Source: an uncultured Lentisphaerales bacterium
GTDB taxonomy: Bacteria > Verrucomicrobiota > Kiritimatiellia > RFP12 > JAAYLN01
Direction of reading: 5' to 3'
Length of the DNA: 57,934 nucleotides
Assembly: GCA_964592855.1 (NCBI GenBank)
Contig: CAZQKI010000004.1
Span: 1 to 57,934 of the forward strand
Under the pieces are notes generated by a model, which saw only the letters and a list, made by a program, of their open reading frames with translations, was not told where the DNA came from and searched no databases. A program made the translations under genes and the position numbers. Shown here piece after piece: positions 24,365 to 33,732 of the stretch; the stretch's first letter is position 1; each line of letters begins with the position of its first letter.

Positions 24365-24410
24365 ATCGATTCGAGTCGACTCGTATCGATTCGAGTCGAC
24401 TCGAGTCGAT
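24365..24410. repeat. Phased TCGA array C (5-bp period; 20-bp tandem unit; perfect palindromes)
   Basis: TCGA cores begin at 24366, 24371, 24376, 24386, 24391, 24396, 24401 and 24406, with TCGT at 24381. ATCGATTCGAGTCGACTCG(T/A) is repeated in tandem (24365-24384 and 24385-24404). TCGAGTCGACTCGA at 24391-24404 is a perfect 14-bp palindrome. The array lies between the alaS stop (24420) and the 4HB start (24328). Confidence 0.95.
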
Positions 24411-24419
24411 CAATTAAAC

Positions 24420-26207
24420 CTATTCCAGCACCGCCTTGATGCGCCGCACGCCGGCGCTGGAGCTCTCCTCCTTCTGGATCTTGAACTTGCCCAGCTCGCC
24501 GGTGGTTTTGGCGTGCGGCCCGCCGCAGACCTCCTTTGAGAAGTCGCCGGCGCTGTAGACCTTCACCTGCTCGCCATATTTGGCGGCGAACAGGGCCATG
24601 GCGCCTTTCTCGCGAGCCTCTTCGATGGTCATGGTCTCCAGGGTCACCGGCAGGTTGCGGCCGATCTGATCATTGACGATGCGTTCGACCTCGGCCAGTT
24701 GTTCGGGCGTCATCTTCTCAGGATGCGTGAAATCGAACCGCAGCCGCTCGGGGGTGATGTTCGACCCCTTCTGCTGGACGTGCTCGCCGAGCACGAGCTG
24801 CAGGGCCTTCTGCAGCAGGTGGGTGGCGGTGTGGAGGCGCGTGGTCGTTTCGCCGGCATCGGCCAAGCCGCCCTTGAACGTCGCGTCGCCCTGCTTGGAG
24901 AGCTCCTGGTGCTTCTTGAACGCCTCTTCGTAGCCGGCGCGGTCGACCGCCAGCCCCTGCTCGGCAGCCAGTTCTTCGGTCATCTCCAGCGGGAAACCGT
25001 AGGTGTCGTAGAGCTTGAAGGCGGTGCGTCCGGAGAGCTGCGTCTGCCCATGCTGCTTGAGGGCGGCGGAGATCTTGTCGAACTCCCTCTGGCCGGCCGT
25101 CAGCGTCTTCTCGAAACGCTCCTCCTCGGCGGCGAGTTCGGCGAAGATAAGTTCGCGCTTCTCCTTCAGCTCGGGATAGACATGGCCATAGTTGTCGACG
25201 ACCACCTCGGCCAGGGAGCGGGCGAAGCCGGCGCCGATGCCGAGGAGCTTGGCGTAGCGGACGGCGCGGCGGATCAGGCGCCGGAGCACGTAGTTGGCGC
25301 CGAGGTTGCCGGGCTTAACCCCGCCTTTGGGATCGCCGAGGATGAAGGTGGCGGTACGCAGGTGGTCGGCGATGATCCGTTCGGCGCGCTGGCGAAGCGC
25401 GGAATCTTCGGGCAGTGTCGTGGAAAGGGCCGCGATTTTCGCCATCAGCGGCGCGAAGAGTTCCGTCTCGAAGACCGACGCACGCCCCTGGAGCATGCAG
25501 ATGGTCCGCTCAACGCCCATGCCGGTATCCACGTTGGCCTGGTTCAGCGGCTCGTAGCGTCCATCGGCCGTCTTGTTGTACTGCATGAAGACGTCGTTCC
25601 AGATCTCCAGGTACTTGCCGCAGCGGCAGCCCGGCCGGCAGCCGGGGCCGCAGGCGTCCTTGAGCGTGTCGACGAACATCTCGGTGTCGGGGCCGCAGGG
25701 GCCGGTCTGGCCGGCGGGGCCCCACCAGTTGTCGTCCTTCGGCAGGGCATGGATGCGCTCGGCAGGGATGCCGAGCGAGGCCCAGATGGTGATCGACTTC
25801 TCGTCGCGGGGGATGTCGCCTTCCCCTTCGAAGACCGTCACGCTGAGGCGGGCCGGATCGAAGCCGAGGTAAGCCTTCGAGGTGAGGAACTCATAGGACC
25901 AGGCAATCGCCTCATCCTTGAAGTAGTCGCCGAGCGACCAGTTGCCCAGCATCTCGAAGAAGGTGAGGTGCGAATTGTCGCCGACGGCATCGATGTCGCC
26001 CGTCCGGACGCATTTCTGCACGTCAGTCAGGCGACGTCCCGCGGGATGGGGTTCGCCCAGCAGATAGGGGACAAGCGGATGCATGCCCGCCGTGGTGAAG
26101 AGCACGGTGGGGTCGTTCTCGGGGATCAGCGAAGCGCCCGAGATGATCTTATGTCCCTTGGATTCAAAGAAGCGGAGATACTTTTCACGGAGTTGGTCGG
26201 CAGTCAT
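24420..26207 (-). CDS. alaS: Alanine--tRNA ligase, short form (595 aa; lacks the C-Ala domain and part of the editing region)
   Basis: MTADQLREKYLRFFESKGHKIISGASLIPENDPTVLFTTAGM..., FFEMLGNWSLGDYFK, GPCGPDTE, EIWNDVFMQYN and DTGMGVERT mark the class II AlaRS core. HTATHLLQ (HxxxH) and CGGPH (CxxxH) are the editing-site motifs. The protein ends about 25 aa after CGGPH. Confidence 0.9.
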   Translation of the reverse strand: MTADQLREKYLRFFESKGHKIISGASLIPENDPTVLFTTAGMHPLVPYLLGEPHPAGRRLTDVQKCVRTGDIDAVGDNSHLTFFEMLGNWSLGDYFKDEAIAWSYEFLTSKAYLGFDPARLSVTVFEGEGDIPRDEKSITIWASLGIPAERIHALPKDDNWWGPAGQTGPCGPDTEMFVDTLKDACGPGCRPGCRCGKYLEIWNDVFMQYNKTADGRYEPLNQANVDTGMGVERTICMLQGRASVFETELFAPLMAKIAALSTTLPEDSALRQRAERIIADHLRTATFILGDPKGGVKPGNLGANYVLRRLIRRAVRYAKLLGIGAGFARSLAEVVVDNYGHVYPELKEKRELIFAELAAEEERFEKTLTAGQREFDKISAALKQHGQTQLSGRTAFKLYDTYGFPLEMTEELAAEQGLAVDRAGYEEAFKKHQELSKQGDATFKGGLADAGETTTRLHTATHLLQKALQLVLGEHVQQKGSNITPERLRFDFTHPEKMTPEQLAEVERIVNDQIGRNLPVTLETMTIEEAREKGAMALFAAKYGEQVKVYSAGDFSKEVCGGPHAKTTGELGKFKIQKEESSSAGVRRIKAVLE

Positions 26208-26412
26208 ATGCAGTCTTTGTCCTTTGATTGAGCCAGCAGTTTAGCGACTTGGACGGATCGATGCAACGAGAAGCGGCGGGCGAGAAGCGGCGGGCGGGGG
26301 TAATGGGTCAGTGAGATGGGTGCGCGATAGAAGTGCATTTGGCATGAGCAATGACCTGCCAGGGTGAAGCACAAAAAGGGATGCATCCGGTTTGCTCGTG
26401 TGATAGTTTCAT

Positions 26413-26492
26413 CAGGAACTCAGGAAATCAGGAAGGTTGGTCGTGCGCGCCGACCATGCGCTTGATCGTGGCACATGTTCCTGCTTTCCTCG
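26413..26492. repeat. Short-period hairpin repeat (8-mer CAGGAAnT units)
   Basis: CAGGAACTCAGGAAATCAGGAAGG (26413-26436) faces the imperfect inverted partner GTTCCTGCTTTCCTCG (26477-26492). An inner stem pairs TGGTCG (26438-26443) with CGACCA (26451-26456). Confidence 0.7.
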
Positions 26493-26545
26493 TCAATAAT
26501 CTGGACATTTTGTCGCACCGTACCCGCACAGGTGCTTTCGATTCG

Positions 26546-26626
26546 GTTGACGCTTACGGCGACGCTTACGGTCGACGGCAAGACGATTATTCCTCGTAAT
26601 CCGTAAGCGTCGCCGTAAGCGTCAAC
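26546..26626. repeat. Perfect 26-bp inverted repeat built from 12-mer units (REP-like family member R1)
   Basis: GTTGACGCTTACGGCGACGCTTACGG (26546-26571) is the exact reverse complement of CCGTAAGCGTCGCCGTAAGCGTCAAC (26601-26626), with a 29-nt loop. Related copies lie at 42757-42826 and 55683-55740. Confidence 0.92.
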
Positions 26627-26757
26627 CGGTTCCCACGGCAGTTACCCGAGTGTTTATCGGAGCGAAGCCGCGCGGCAGGCTGATATCTTGCGGGCGGCGG
26701 AGGGGACGCGGAGGGTGGGCTGGCATATTAACTGCTTCAAGGATGCACACCTGTTCC

Positions 26758-28749
26758 ATGCGTGTAATATCTTCATCCCATCGGCTCCTGCAGGCCCCGG
26801 CCTTGAACTGGCTGGCGGCGATCATACTGCTTGTGCACGGTTCTTTGCTGGCGGGCGAGCCGTGGCCGGACTCGCCGCGCATCGGCAAACTGCCGCTGGC
26901 GGCGCGCTGGGTCGGGGTGGATCTACGGGTCGGGGTGGTCGCGTCGAACTGGAGTGCCGTCGCTTATCTGGACGAGGCGCCGGGGCTCAAAGCGGCCACT
27001 CAGGGGGGATCGATCACCTGGCGCGCCGAACTGGCCCCCGTTCCCTCCGGCGGCTCCTGTAACATTACGCAGTCGACCCGCCGTCTGGGGGATGATCTTG
27101 TCATCGACCTCACGATCGGCAATCTCGGTACCCAGAAGCTGGCCGGGGTCTACCTGATGGTCAATGTCGATGCCGCCGAGTATGCGGGGGGGAGCTTCCG
27201 CCTGGACGAAACGAGCGGCGACCTGCCTTTGGTTCCGGCCGTCGAGCCCCATCTCCGCATCCGCGAAGCCACCCAGTGCACCTTTTGGAACCCCAGCCAG
27301 ACGCAGGGCATTTCCCTGGGATCGGCCTCCGTCATCCGGATGCTGGTTCAGGACGGCCGGCGCTGGGGCCCCCAGTTTTCGATCCTTGCCTCCCTGCATG
27401 AAGGGGTTCTGGCAGGCGCTCAAACGATCCAACACCGTCTGGTGCTCTCGGCGATCGGCAACCTGCGCAAAGAGAAACCGGGGGCGCTCATCATCGACCC
27501 CGGGAAACGGCTGGGGCGCTTCGAGGGCTTCGGCGGAAATTTCTGCTTTGGACTGGACAACGGCGTGGCGGAGGCCGTCCGCGCCCGCCTCCGTCCGCCC
27601 GTCGCACGGATCCGCATGCATTTGGACGATCTCCAACCCCCGCCGCCCGGCAGCAGCGACCCCCATGCCGACTGGATGCGGATGCTGCTCGCCGCCGACC
27701 GTCCCTGGACCGAGCTCTGGCAATGCCTCATGACGGCCGACGCCCTGCACCATGGGCAGTCCCGCATCCACATCAGCACCTGGCGTGTGCCGGCGTGGCT
27801 GCTGGACAAGCCCATCCAGCACGACCAGAACCAGATTCCGCCCCGCCGTCATGCCGCTTTCGCCGGGATGGTCGCCGCCTACCTGGACTACCTTCGCACC
27901 TCGCGCGGAATCGAGCCCGAGACCTTCTCCTTCAACGAGCCGGACTGGGGTGCCAACGTCATCTTCTCGTCCGAGGAGTACCGCGACGCCCTGCTGGCCG
28001 TCGTTGCCGCCCTGCGCCGTCATGGACTCCGCACCAAGCTGTTAATCGGCGATCTCTCCACGGCGCGCGACGCTACCGATTATCTCGCTCCCGCACTGGC
28101 CGACATCACGCTGATGCAGGAGGCGGCGGCGATCTCCTTCCATGCCTGGGGAGGGGCGAGCGTGTCGGAATACGCGGTCTGGCGGAGCCTGGCCGACACC
28201 CTTAACCTGCCGCTCGTGGTCGGGGAGATCGGCGCCGATCCCAACTGGCGCGAGGTGCAACTGCACGGCTACGACTATGCGCTGCGCGAGCTGGCCCTCT
28301 ATCTGGAAGTCCTGAAGCTGGCGCGGCCGCAGCAGGTTCTCTACTGGGAGTACGGTTCTAGTTATGCTCTCCTTCGGGCGCAGGACGACGACAAGCGGCT
28401 GATGGCAACCGAACGATTTGCGATGCAAAGGCACTGGGTGCAGTTGACGCCACCCGGCGCGGAGGCCATCGGGTGCAACAGCCCATCCCCGACGATCCTG
28501 GCCGTCGCCTATGCGCTGCCGCCGGACAGCGGGGGCGGCGTCACCCTCCACATCGGCAACTTCGGGCCCGCGACAACGCTGGAGATCGCAGGATTGCCGG
28601 GCACGCTAACGAAGCTAAGGGCGATCACCACCCGGCAGGGCGCATGCTATGTCCGAGGGGTGCCCGTACAGATCACCTCGGGAACGGGAGCCGTCGTACT
28701 CCCGGCCGAGTCGCTAACCACGCTCACCACGTTAAGCCTGACGCCGTGA
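26758..28749 (+). CDS. Secreted clan GH-A-like (TIM-barrel, GH30/GH5-like) glycoside hydrolase candidate
   Basis: It has a signal-peptide-like N-terminus (MRVISSSHRLLQAPALNWLAAIILLVHGSLLAG). Supporting motifs are RFEGFGGNFCFG, FSFNEPDWG (NEP acid/base-type motif) and PLVVGEIG (candidate nucleophile Glu). The start was moved to Met37 of the track ORF. The family assignment is tentative. Confidence 0.5.
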   Translation: MRVISSSHRLLQAPALNWLAAIILLVHGSLLAGEPWPDSPRIGKLPLAARWVGVDLRVGVVASNWSAVAYLDEAPGLKAATQGGSITWRAELAPVPSGGSCNITQSTRRLGDDLVIDLTIGNLGTQKLAGVYLMVNVDAAEYAGGSFRLDETSGDLPLVPAVEPHLRIREATQCTFWNPSQTQGISLGSASVIRMLVQDGRRWGPQFSILASLHEGVLAGAQTIQHRLVLSAIGNLRKEKPGALIIDPGKRLGRFEGFGGNFCFGLDNGVAEAVRARLRPPVARIRMHLDDLQPPPPGSSDPHADWMRMLLAADRPWTELWQCLMTADALHHGQSRIHISTWRVPAWLLDKPIQHDQNQIPPRRHAAFAGMVAAYLDYLRTSRGIEPETFSFNEPDWGANVIFSSEEYRDALLAVVAALRRHGLRTKLLIGDLSTARDATDYLAPALADITLMQEAAAISFHAWGGASVSEYAVWRSLADTLNLPLVVGEIGADPNWREVQLHGYDYALRELALYLEVLKLARPQQVLYWEYGSSYALLRAQDDDKRLMATERFAMQRHWVQLTPPGAEAIGCNSPSPTILAVAYALPPDSGGGVTLHIGNFGPATTLEIAGLPGTLTKLRAITTRQGACYVRGVPVQITSGTGAVVLPAESLTTLTTLSLTP

Positions 28750-28771
28750 TTGCATGCCGGACCGCAGCGGC

Positions 28772-29878
28772 CTACGTTCCCAGTATCCGCGCGGCGGCCT
28801 CCAGCCATTCCAGATAGTTGCGCCGGAAGACATCAGTGCACGGCCGCTCAAACGGCGTGCATGTCGGGCTCATGATATAGCCTGTCCGTCCGTCGACCAC
28901 ACGCGCGATGTCCTCCACCCGCCGGGTCATTTCGCCCGGTTTTGCCGTGTGGAATTCCTGATCCTGGATGTACCCCATCAGGCTCATCCGGCCCTGCGTC
29001 TGCGCCAGCAGTTCCTTCAAGGTAATGTCGCCTTGAGGCGGCGGCTCGATCGGCTCGATCAGGTCGCAACCGGTCTTCAACATTTCCGGTAGAACCTCGC
29101 GGACCCGGCCGTGACAGTGAATGGCCGCGCGCAGCCCGGCGGAGTGGATCACCGCGATAATCTTCGTCAGATAGGGAGTCACCAACTCGGCGAACATCGC
29201 AGGGGGCAGCATGGGCGGCGTGCAGACCTCCGGTCCGGAGGTGTGCAGTATTACGTTCATCCCCCGGCAGGCCGCCGTCAGGTCCCGCATGTAGTCCAAA
29301 CAGGGCTCGAACGCCCGATCCATCATCCGCTTGATGCTGGGCAGGTCGGTCAGGCAGCGGATCGTGAAATCCTCGAAGTGGAAGAGCGAGGCCGTGGCAT
29401 ACATCGGTTCAGAATAGGTAACCATGAGCAAGGCGCGTCCCTCCACAACCTTGTACAAAGCGCGCACGGACGATAGATCCACGGGAATGCGTTCACACGG
29501 GAGCGACAGGTACTTGTCGATATCCGCGTCAGAGGCGAGATAGTGGCGGGTGACCATCCCCGGCTTGTTTTCCGGCATGCTGGCGACCCTGATCAGGTCC
29601 CCCTTGGGGGTATGCAGCGTCGTGTATTGAATGCGCGCATCGCCCCGGCCCTCAAAGCGGGACTCGACATGGGCGGCGCCGGGCACCCACCCCCCGCCGC
29701 CCGAGACCTTGATCATCGCACCCGCCGAGGCGCCGATCCTGTCGAGGATCGGACGATACGACGGATCGTCGCGGTGCCCGCTTTCGGCGTAGGGGTGAAT
29801 GTTGTAGGTTGCGTGAGGCACGCAATCAACCGCTCGGCGGTCAATTGCGGCTAGCATCCGCTCGCTTCTTGTCATCAT
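28772..29878 (-). CDS. Uroporphyrinogen-decarboxylase (URO-D)-family protein
   Basis: MMTRSERMLAAIDRRAVDCVP..., HTSGPEVCTPPMLPPAMFAELVTPYLTKII, AIHCHGRVREVLPEMLKTGCDLIEPIEPPPQGD and GYIMSPTC resemble URO-D/MtaA-like TIM-barrel proteins. The start was moved to Met85 of the track ORF (29878). Confidence 0.65.
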   Translation of the reverse strand: MMTRSERMLAAIDRRAVDCVPHATYNIHPYAESGHRDDPSYRPILDRIGASAGAMIKVSGGGGWVPGAAHVESRFEGRGDARIQYTTLHTPKGDLIRVASMPENKPGMVTRHYLASDADIDKYLSLPCERIPVDLSSVRALYKVVEGRALLMVTYSEPMYATASLFHFEDFTIRCLTDLPSIKRMMDRAFEPCLDYMRDLTAACRGMNVILHTSGPEVCTPPMLPPAMFAELVTPYLTKIIAVIHSAGLRAAIHCHGRVREVLPEMLKTGCDLIEPIEPPPQGDITLKELLAQTQGRMSLMGYIQDQEFHTAKPGEMTRRVEDIARVVDGRTGYIMSPTCTPFERPCTDVFRRNYLEWLEAAARILGT

Positions 29879-30303
29879 CGTGATCGTCTCTCCGTGTGTC
29901 CGGCGTTTAGCCGCGCCATCCGACGTGCCTTGCGCAACTTTCAAATCGCATGTTAAACGGTGCATTATGAAGATGCAAGCCAGTCCGCCGGGGGTGAAGC
30001 TCCTGACTCGCTTCCGCCTGAAGGGAGTGTTGATTAATGCGTCCCATTCGCATGAGCTGTATTCCCGAGGTAGGGCGAACCGTCCCGGTGAGCCGCAGAT
30101 GGCCGGCTGCTGCCTCGATTTACGGCCCAATCTGCGGCTTGGCGATGACGCCGCGCCCTACCCTTTGATGCATGCAGCGTCTCGTTCTCAACCACAACAT
30201 TTCTGTTACACGCAACGGCGCGTTTGCACAGTTTTGTCGGTCATTCCCGGCCATACGGGCCGAAACGGATAAAAATTAAAGCCTTTTTCGTCAGCTAGTC
30301 GGT

Positions 30304-30318
30304 TGGCATTGTTCGTGC
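30304..30318 (+). promoter_or_regulatory. Candidate sigma54 (-24/-12) promoter upstream of carB
   Basis: The sequence is TGGCATTGTTCGTGC. GG lies at 30305-30306 and GC at 30317-30318, giving the canonical GG-N10-GC spacing. There is one mismatch to the TGGCAC-N5-TTGC consensus in each element. It sits about 68 nt upstream of the carB ATG. Confidence 0.35.
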
Positions 30319-30385
30319 GTTATCACGTGCACGCAGGTACAATTGCGGCAACGAGCAGTACCTAACGAAATACGAGAAAACAGAC

Positions 30386-33300
30386 ATGCCCAAGCGAGAC
30401 GACATCCAAACAATTCTATTGATCGGATCGGGGCCGATCGTAATCGGGCAGGCGTGCGAGTTCGACTACGCCGGAGCTCAGGCGTGCAAAGCCTTGCGCG
30501 AAGAGGGGTATCGGGTGGTGCTGGTCAACAGCAATCCCGCCACGATCATGACCGACCCGGAATTCGCCGACCGCACCTACGTCGAACCGCTCACCGCCGA
30601 CGTGCTGGCGGCCATCATCCGCCGCGAACGTCCCGATGCCCTGTTGCCGACGCTCGGCGGGCAGACCGCCCTCAATCTGGCGATGGAACTGCATCACAAC
30701 GGCTTGCTGCACAAGTACGACGTCGAATTGATCGGCGCCTCGGCCACGGCCATTGAGCGTGCCGAAGACCGCCAGCTTTTCAAGAAGGTCATGACCGAAA
30801 TCGGGCTCGACATGCCGCGCGGCGCCTGCGCGCACACGCTGGAGGAGGCCCATCTCGTCCGCAAGCAGTTCGGCTACCCGCTCGTCATCCGTCCGGGCTT
30901 CACGCTGGGCGGCACCGGCGGCGGCATCGCCCATGACGACGAATCCTTCGACACCATCGTCGAGCGGGGGCTTTTCTACAGTCCCACTTCCGAGGTGTTG
31001 ATCGAGGAGTCCATCGCCGGCTGGAAGGAATTCGAACTGGAGGTCATGCGCGACACCACGGGCAACTGCGTGATCGTCTGCTCGATCGAGAACCTCGACC
31101 CCATGGGAGTTCATACAGGAGACTCCATCACCGTCGCGCCGGCGCAGACGCTGACCGACCGCGAGTACCAGCGGATGCGCGACGCCGCCATCGCCGTCAT
31201 GCGCGCCGTGGGCGTCTCCACCGGCGGCTCAAACGTGCAGTTTGCGCTCGATCCGACATCGGGGCGGATCGTGGTGATCGAGATGAACCCGCGCGTCTCG
31301 CGGTCCAGCGCCCTGGCCTCCAAGGCCACCGGCTTCCCGATCGCCAAGATTGCCGCCAAACTGGCTGTCGGCTACACACTCGACGAACTGCGCAACGACA
31401 TCACCCGCGAGACGCCGGCCTGCTTCGAGCCGGCGCTCGACTACGTGGTCGTCAAGATTCCGCGGTTCACCTTCGAGAAGTTCCAGCCCGTCGACGACAC
31501 CCTTGGCACGCAGATGAAGTCGGTCGGCGAGACGATGAGCATCGGCCGCACGTTCAAGGAGAGCCTGCAGAAGGCGCTCCGCTCACTCGAAACCGGCCGG
31601 GCCGGGTTCGGCGCCGACGGCAAGGACGGCCCCTTCGAGGCGAAGGACGACGCCGCGCTGGAGGCCGGCCTGATGCGCGCCCACCCCCACCGCCTGTCCC
31701 TGGTGCGGGCCGCCTTCCGCCGTGGTTGGAGCGTGGCGCGCGTCACGGCGCTCAGCCGCATCGATCCCTGGTTCCTGAACCACCTGGAGGAGTTGACGGC
31801 CTACGAGGATGAAATCCGCTCCGCCGGCACCCTGGACGGACTGACAGCCAACCCGGCCCTGTTCCGGCAGGCCAAGAGCTTCGGCTACGGCGACCGGCAG
31901 ATCGCCTGGCTGCTGGGGACGAAGGAGGATGCCGTTCGCCGGGCACGCGAAGCCATCGGCTTGCTGCCGACCTACTGCCTCGTCGACACCTGCGCCGCCG
32001 AATTCAAGGCCGTGACGCCCTATTTCTACTCGACCTATGCCGAAGATGTCCCGGCCCTCCGCCAGTCTGCGGCACCCGCCGCCGGGCACAACCCGCGCCG
32101 CAAGGTGATGATCCTCGGCGGCGGCCCCAACCGCATCGGGCAGGGTATCGAGTTCGACTACTGCTGCGTGCATGCCAGCTTCGCCCTGCGCGACGCCGGC
32201 GGTTTTGAAAGCGTGATGGTCAACAGCAACCCGGAAACCGTCAGCACGGACTACGACACCAGCGACCGGCTTTACTTCGAGCCGCTGACGCTGGAGGACG
32301 TCCTCGCCGTCTATCGCGCCGAGGGTTGCTGGGGGGCTATTGTCCAGTTTGGCGGACAAACCCCGCTCAACCTGGCCCGTGGGCTCGCGGACAACGGCGT
32401 CAACATCATCGGCACCAGCCCCGAAAGCATCGAAGTCGCCGAGGATCGCAAGGGGTTCCAGGAACTGGCCAGCCGCCTGGGTCTGCTGCAGCCGCCCAAC
32501 GGACTCGCCACAACCATCGACCAGGCCGAGGCCATCGCCAAGCGGATCGGCTATCCCGTCCTGATGCGTCCCAGCTTCGTGCTTGGCGGACGCGCCATGG
32601 TCATCGTCCACGATGTCGAGAACCTCCGCAAGTACATGACGGAGGCGGTTGAAGTTTCCGAAAACCGGCCCGTTCTGATCGACCATTTCCTGATCAACGC
32701 GCAGGAGGTGGACGTAGACTGCATCTCCGACGGCGAGACCAGTGTCATCGGCGCCGTCATGGAGCACGTCGAAATGGCGGGCATCCACTCCGGCGACAGC
32801 GCCTGCATCATTCCGGCGCCTACGCTGACCAAGGCGGTCAAGGCGACCATCCGCAAGCAGACGCATGCCTTGGCGAAGGCGCTGAAAGTCAAGGGGCTGA
32901 TGAACGTGCAGTTCGCCGTGCAGGGGACCGATGTCTTCGTGCTCGAAGTCAACCCGCGCGCCTCGCGCACCGTCCCCTTCGTCTGCAAGGTGACCGGCAT
33001 TCCCCTGGCCAAGCTGGCGGCGCGGGTGATGGCGGGCGAGACCTTGCAGGAACTGGGGTTCACCGAGGAATTCATCCCGGCGCATTACGCCGTGAAAGAG
33101 GCGGTGTTCCCCTTCTCGCGCTTCCCCGGAATTGACGTGGTACTGACGCCGGAGATGAAATCGACAGGCGAGGCGATGGGCATCGACGCCAGCTGTGGAA
33201 TGGCCTATCTGAAGAGCCAGATGGGCGCCGGCAACCGGTTGCCGCGCGGCGGAAACGTTTTCGTGAGCGTGCGCGACGCCGACAAAGAGGAGCTGATTCC

Positions 33301-33721
33301 GCTGGCGCGCCAGCTGCGGCACCTGGGCTACGATCTGTTCGCTACACTCGGCACCAGCACAGCGCTGTGGGAGGCCGGGCTCCGCTCCAACGCCGTTTTC
33401 CGCATCTCCAAGGGACGTCCGAACGCCGTCGACCTGATGGAGACGAAGGCTCTGGGATGGATCGTCAGCACGCCCACCTCCGGCACCGAGCCCATGTGGG
33501 ACGAGGTGCGCATGCGCGCCCACGCCACGATCCGCAGTGTACCTCTGACCACGACCCTGAACGGCCTGCGCTGGTCGATCAGTGGTCTAAAGGCGCTGCG
33601 CGCCGCCCGCAGCCACGTCAAGGTGCGGACGTTGCAGGAGTATCACACCCAGACGCCGAAGCTGTCGGATCGCTTCACGCAGCCTGCCGCCGGCCGGCAG
33701 GAACCGGCATCGCGCCCCTAG
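30386..33721 (+). CDS. carB: Carbamoyl-phosphate synthase large subunit
   Basis: [58 protein letters not shown] duplicated ATP-grasp half begins at [26 protein letters not shown]. The length is 1111 aa. Confidence 0.97.
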   Translation: MPKRDDIQTILLIGSGPIVIGQACEFDYAGAQACKALREEGYRVVLVNSNPATIMTDPEFADRTYVEPLTADVLAAIIRRERPDALLPTLGGQTALNLAMELHHNGLLHKYDVELIGASATAIERAEDRQLFKKVMTEIGLDMPRGACAHTLEEAHLVRKQFGYPLVIRPGFTLGGTGGGIAHDDESFDTIVERGLFYSPTSEVLIEESIAGWKEFELEVMRDTTGNCVIVCSIENLDPMGVHTGDSITVAPAQTLTDREYQRMRDAAIAVMRAVGVSTGGSNVQFALDPTSGRIVVIEMNPRVSRSSALASKATGFPIAKIAAKLAVGYTLDELRNDITRETPACFEPALDYVVVKIPRFTFEKFQPVDDTLGTQMKSVGETMSIGRTFKESLQKALRSLETGRAGFGADGKDGPFEAKDDAALEAGLMRAHPHRLSLVRAAFRRGWSVARVTALSRIDPWFLNHLEELTAYEDEIRSAGTLDGLTANPALFRQAKSFGYGDRQIAWLLGTKEDAVRRAREAIGLLPTYCLVDTCAAEFKAVTPYFYSTYAEDVPALRQSAAPAAGHNPRRKVMILGGGPNRIGQGIEFDYCCVHASFALRDAGGFESVMVNSNPETVSTDYDTSDRLYFEPLTLEDVLAVYRAEGCWGAIVQFGGQTPLNLARGLADNGVNIIGTSPESIEVAEDRKGFQELASRLGLLQPPNGLATTIDQAEAIAKRIGYPVLMRPSFVLGGRAMVIVHDVENLRKYMTEAVEVSENRPVLIDHFLINAQEVDVDCISDGETSVIGAVMEHVEMAGIHSGDSACIIPAPTLTKAVKATIRKQTHALAKALKVKGLMNVQFAVQGTDVFVLEVNPRASRTVPFVCKVTGIPLAKLAARVMAGETLQELGFTEEFIPAHYAVKEAVFPFSRFPGIDVVLTPEMKSTGEAMGIDASCGMAYLKSQMGAGNRLPRGGNVFVSVRDADKEELIPLARQLRHLGYDLFATLGTSTALWEAGLRSNAVFRISKGRPNAVDLMETKALGWIVSTPTSGTEPMWDEVRMRAHATIRSVPLTTTLNGLRWSISGLKALRAARSHVKVRTLQEYHTQTPKLSDRFTQPAAGRQEPASRP

Positions 33722-33732
33722 GAAACGACCTC

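Noticed and set aside
20427-24419. The TCGA arrays as a CRISPR array or as integron attC-type cassette junctions.
   Set aside because: The period is 5-10 bp with no repeat-spacer organisation, so this is not a CRISPR array. No integrase, attI or GTTRRRY core sites were seen, and the flanking genes (alaS, a HisJ-like PHP) are housekeeping-like. The cassette idea is unsupported, though it is kept as a remote alternative in the findings.
33367-33732. N-terminal extension of about 120 aa on the carA ORF that overlaps carB. Similar over-long track ORFs are at 2351-3622, 1515-2672, 28772-30130, 26650-28749, 41039-42496 and 19605-20489.
   Set aside because: The extensions overlap upstream genes or repeats and are compositionally non-protein-like. 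Conserved family N-termini begin at internal start codons, which were used for the feature coordinates.
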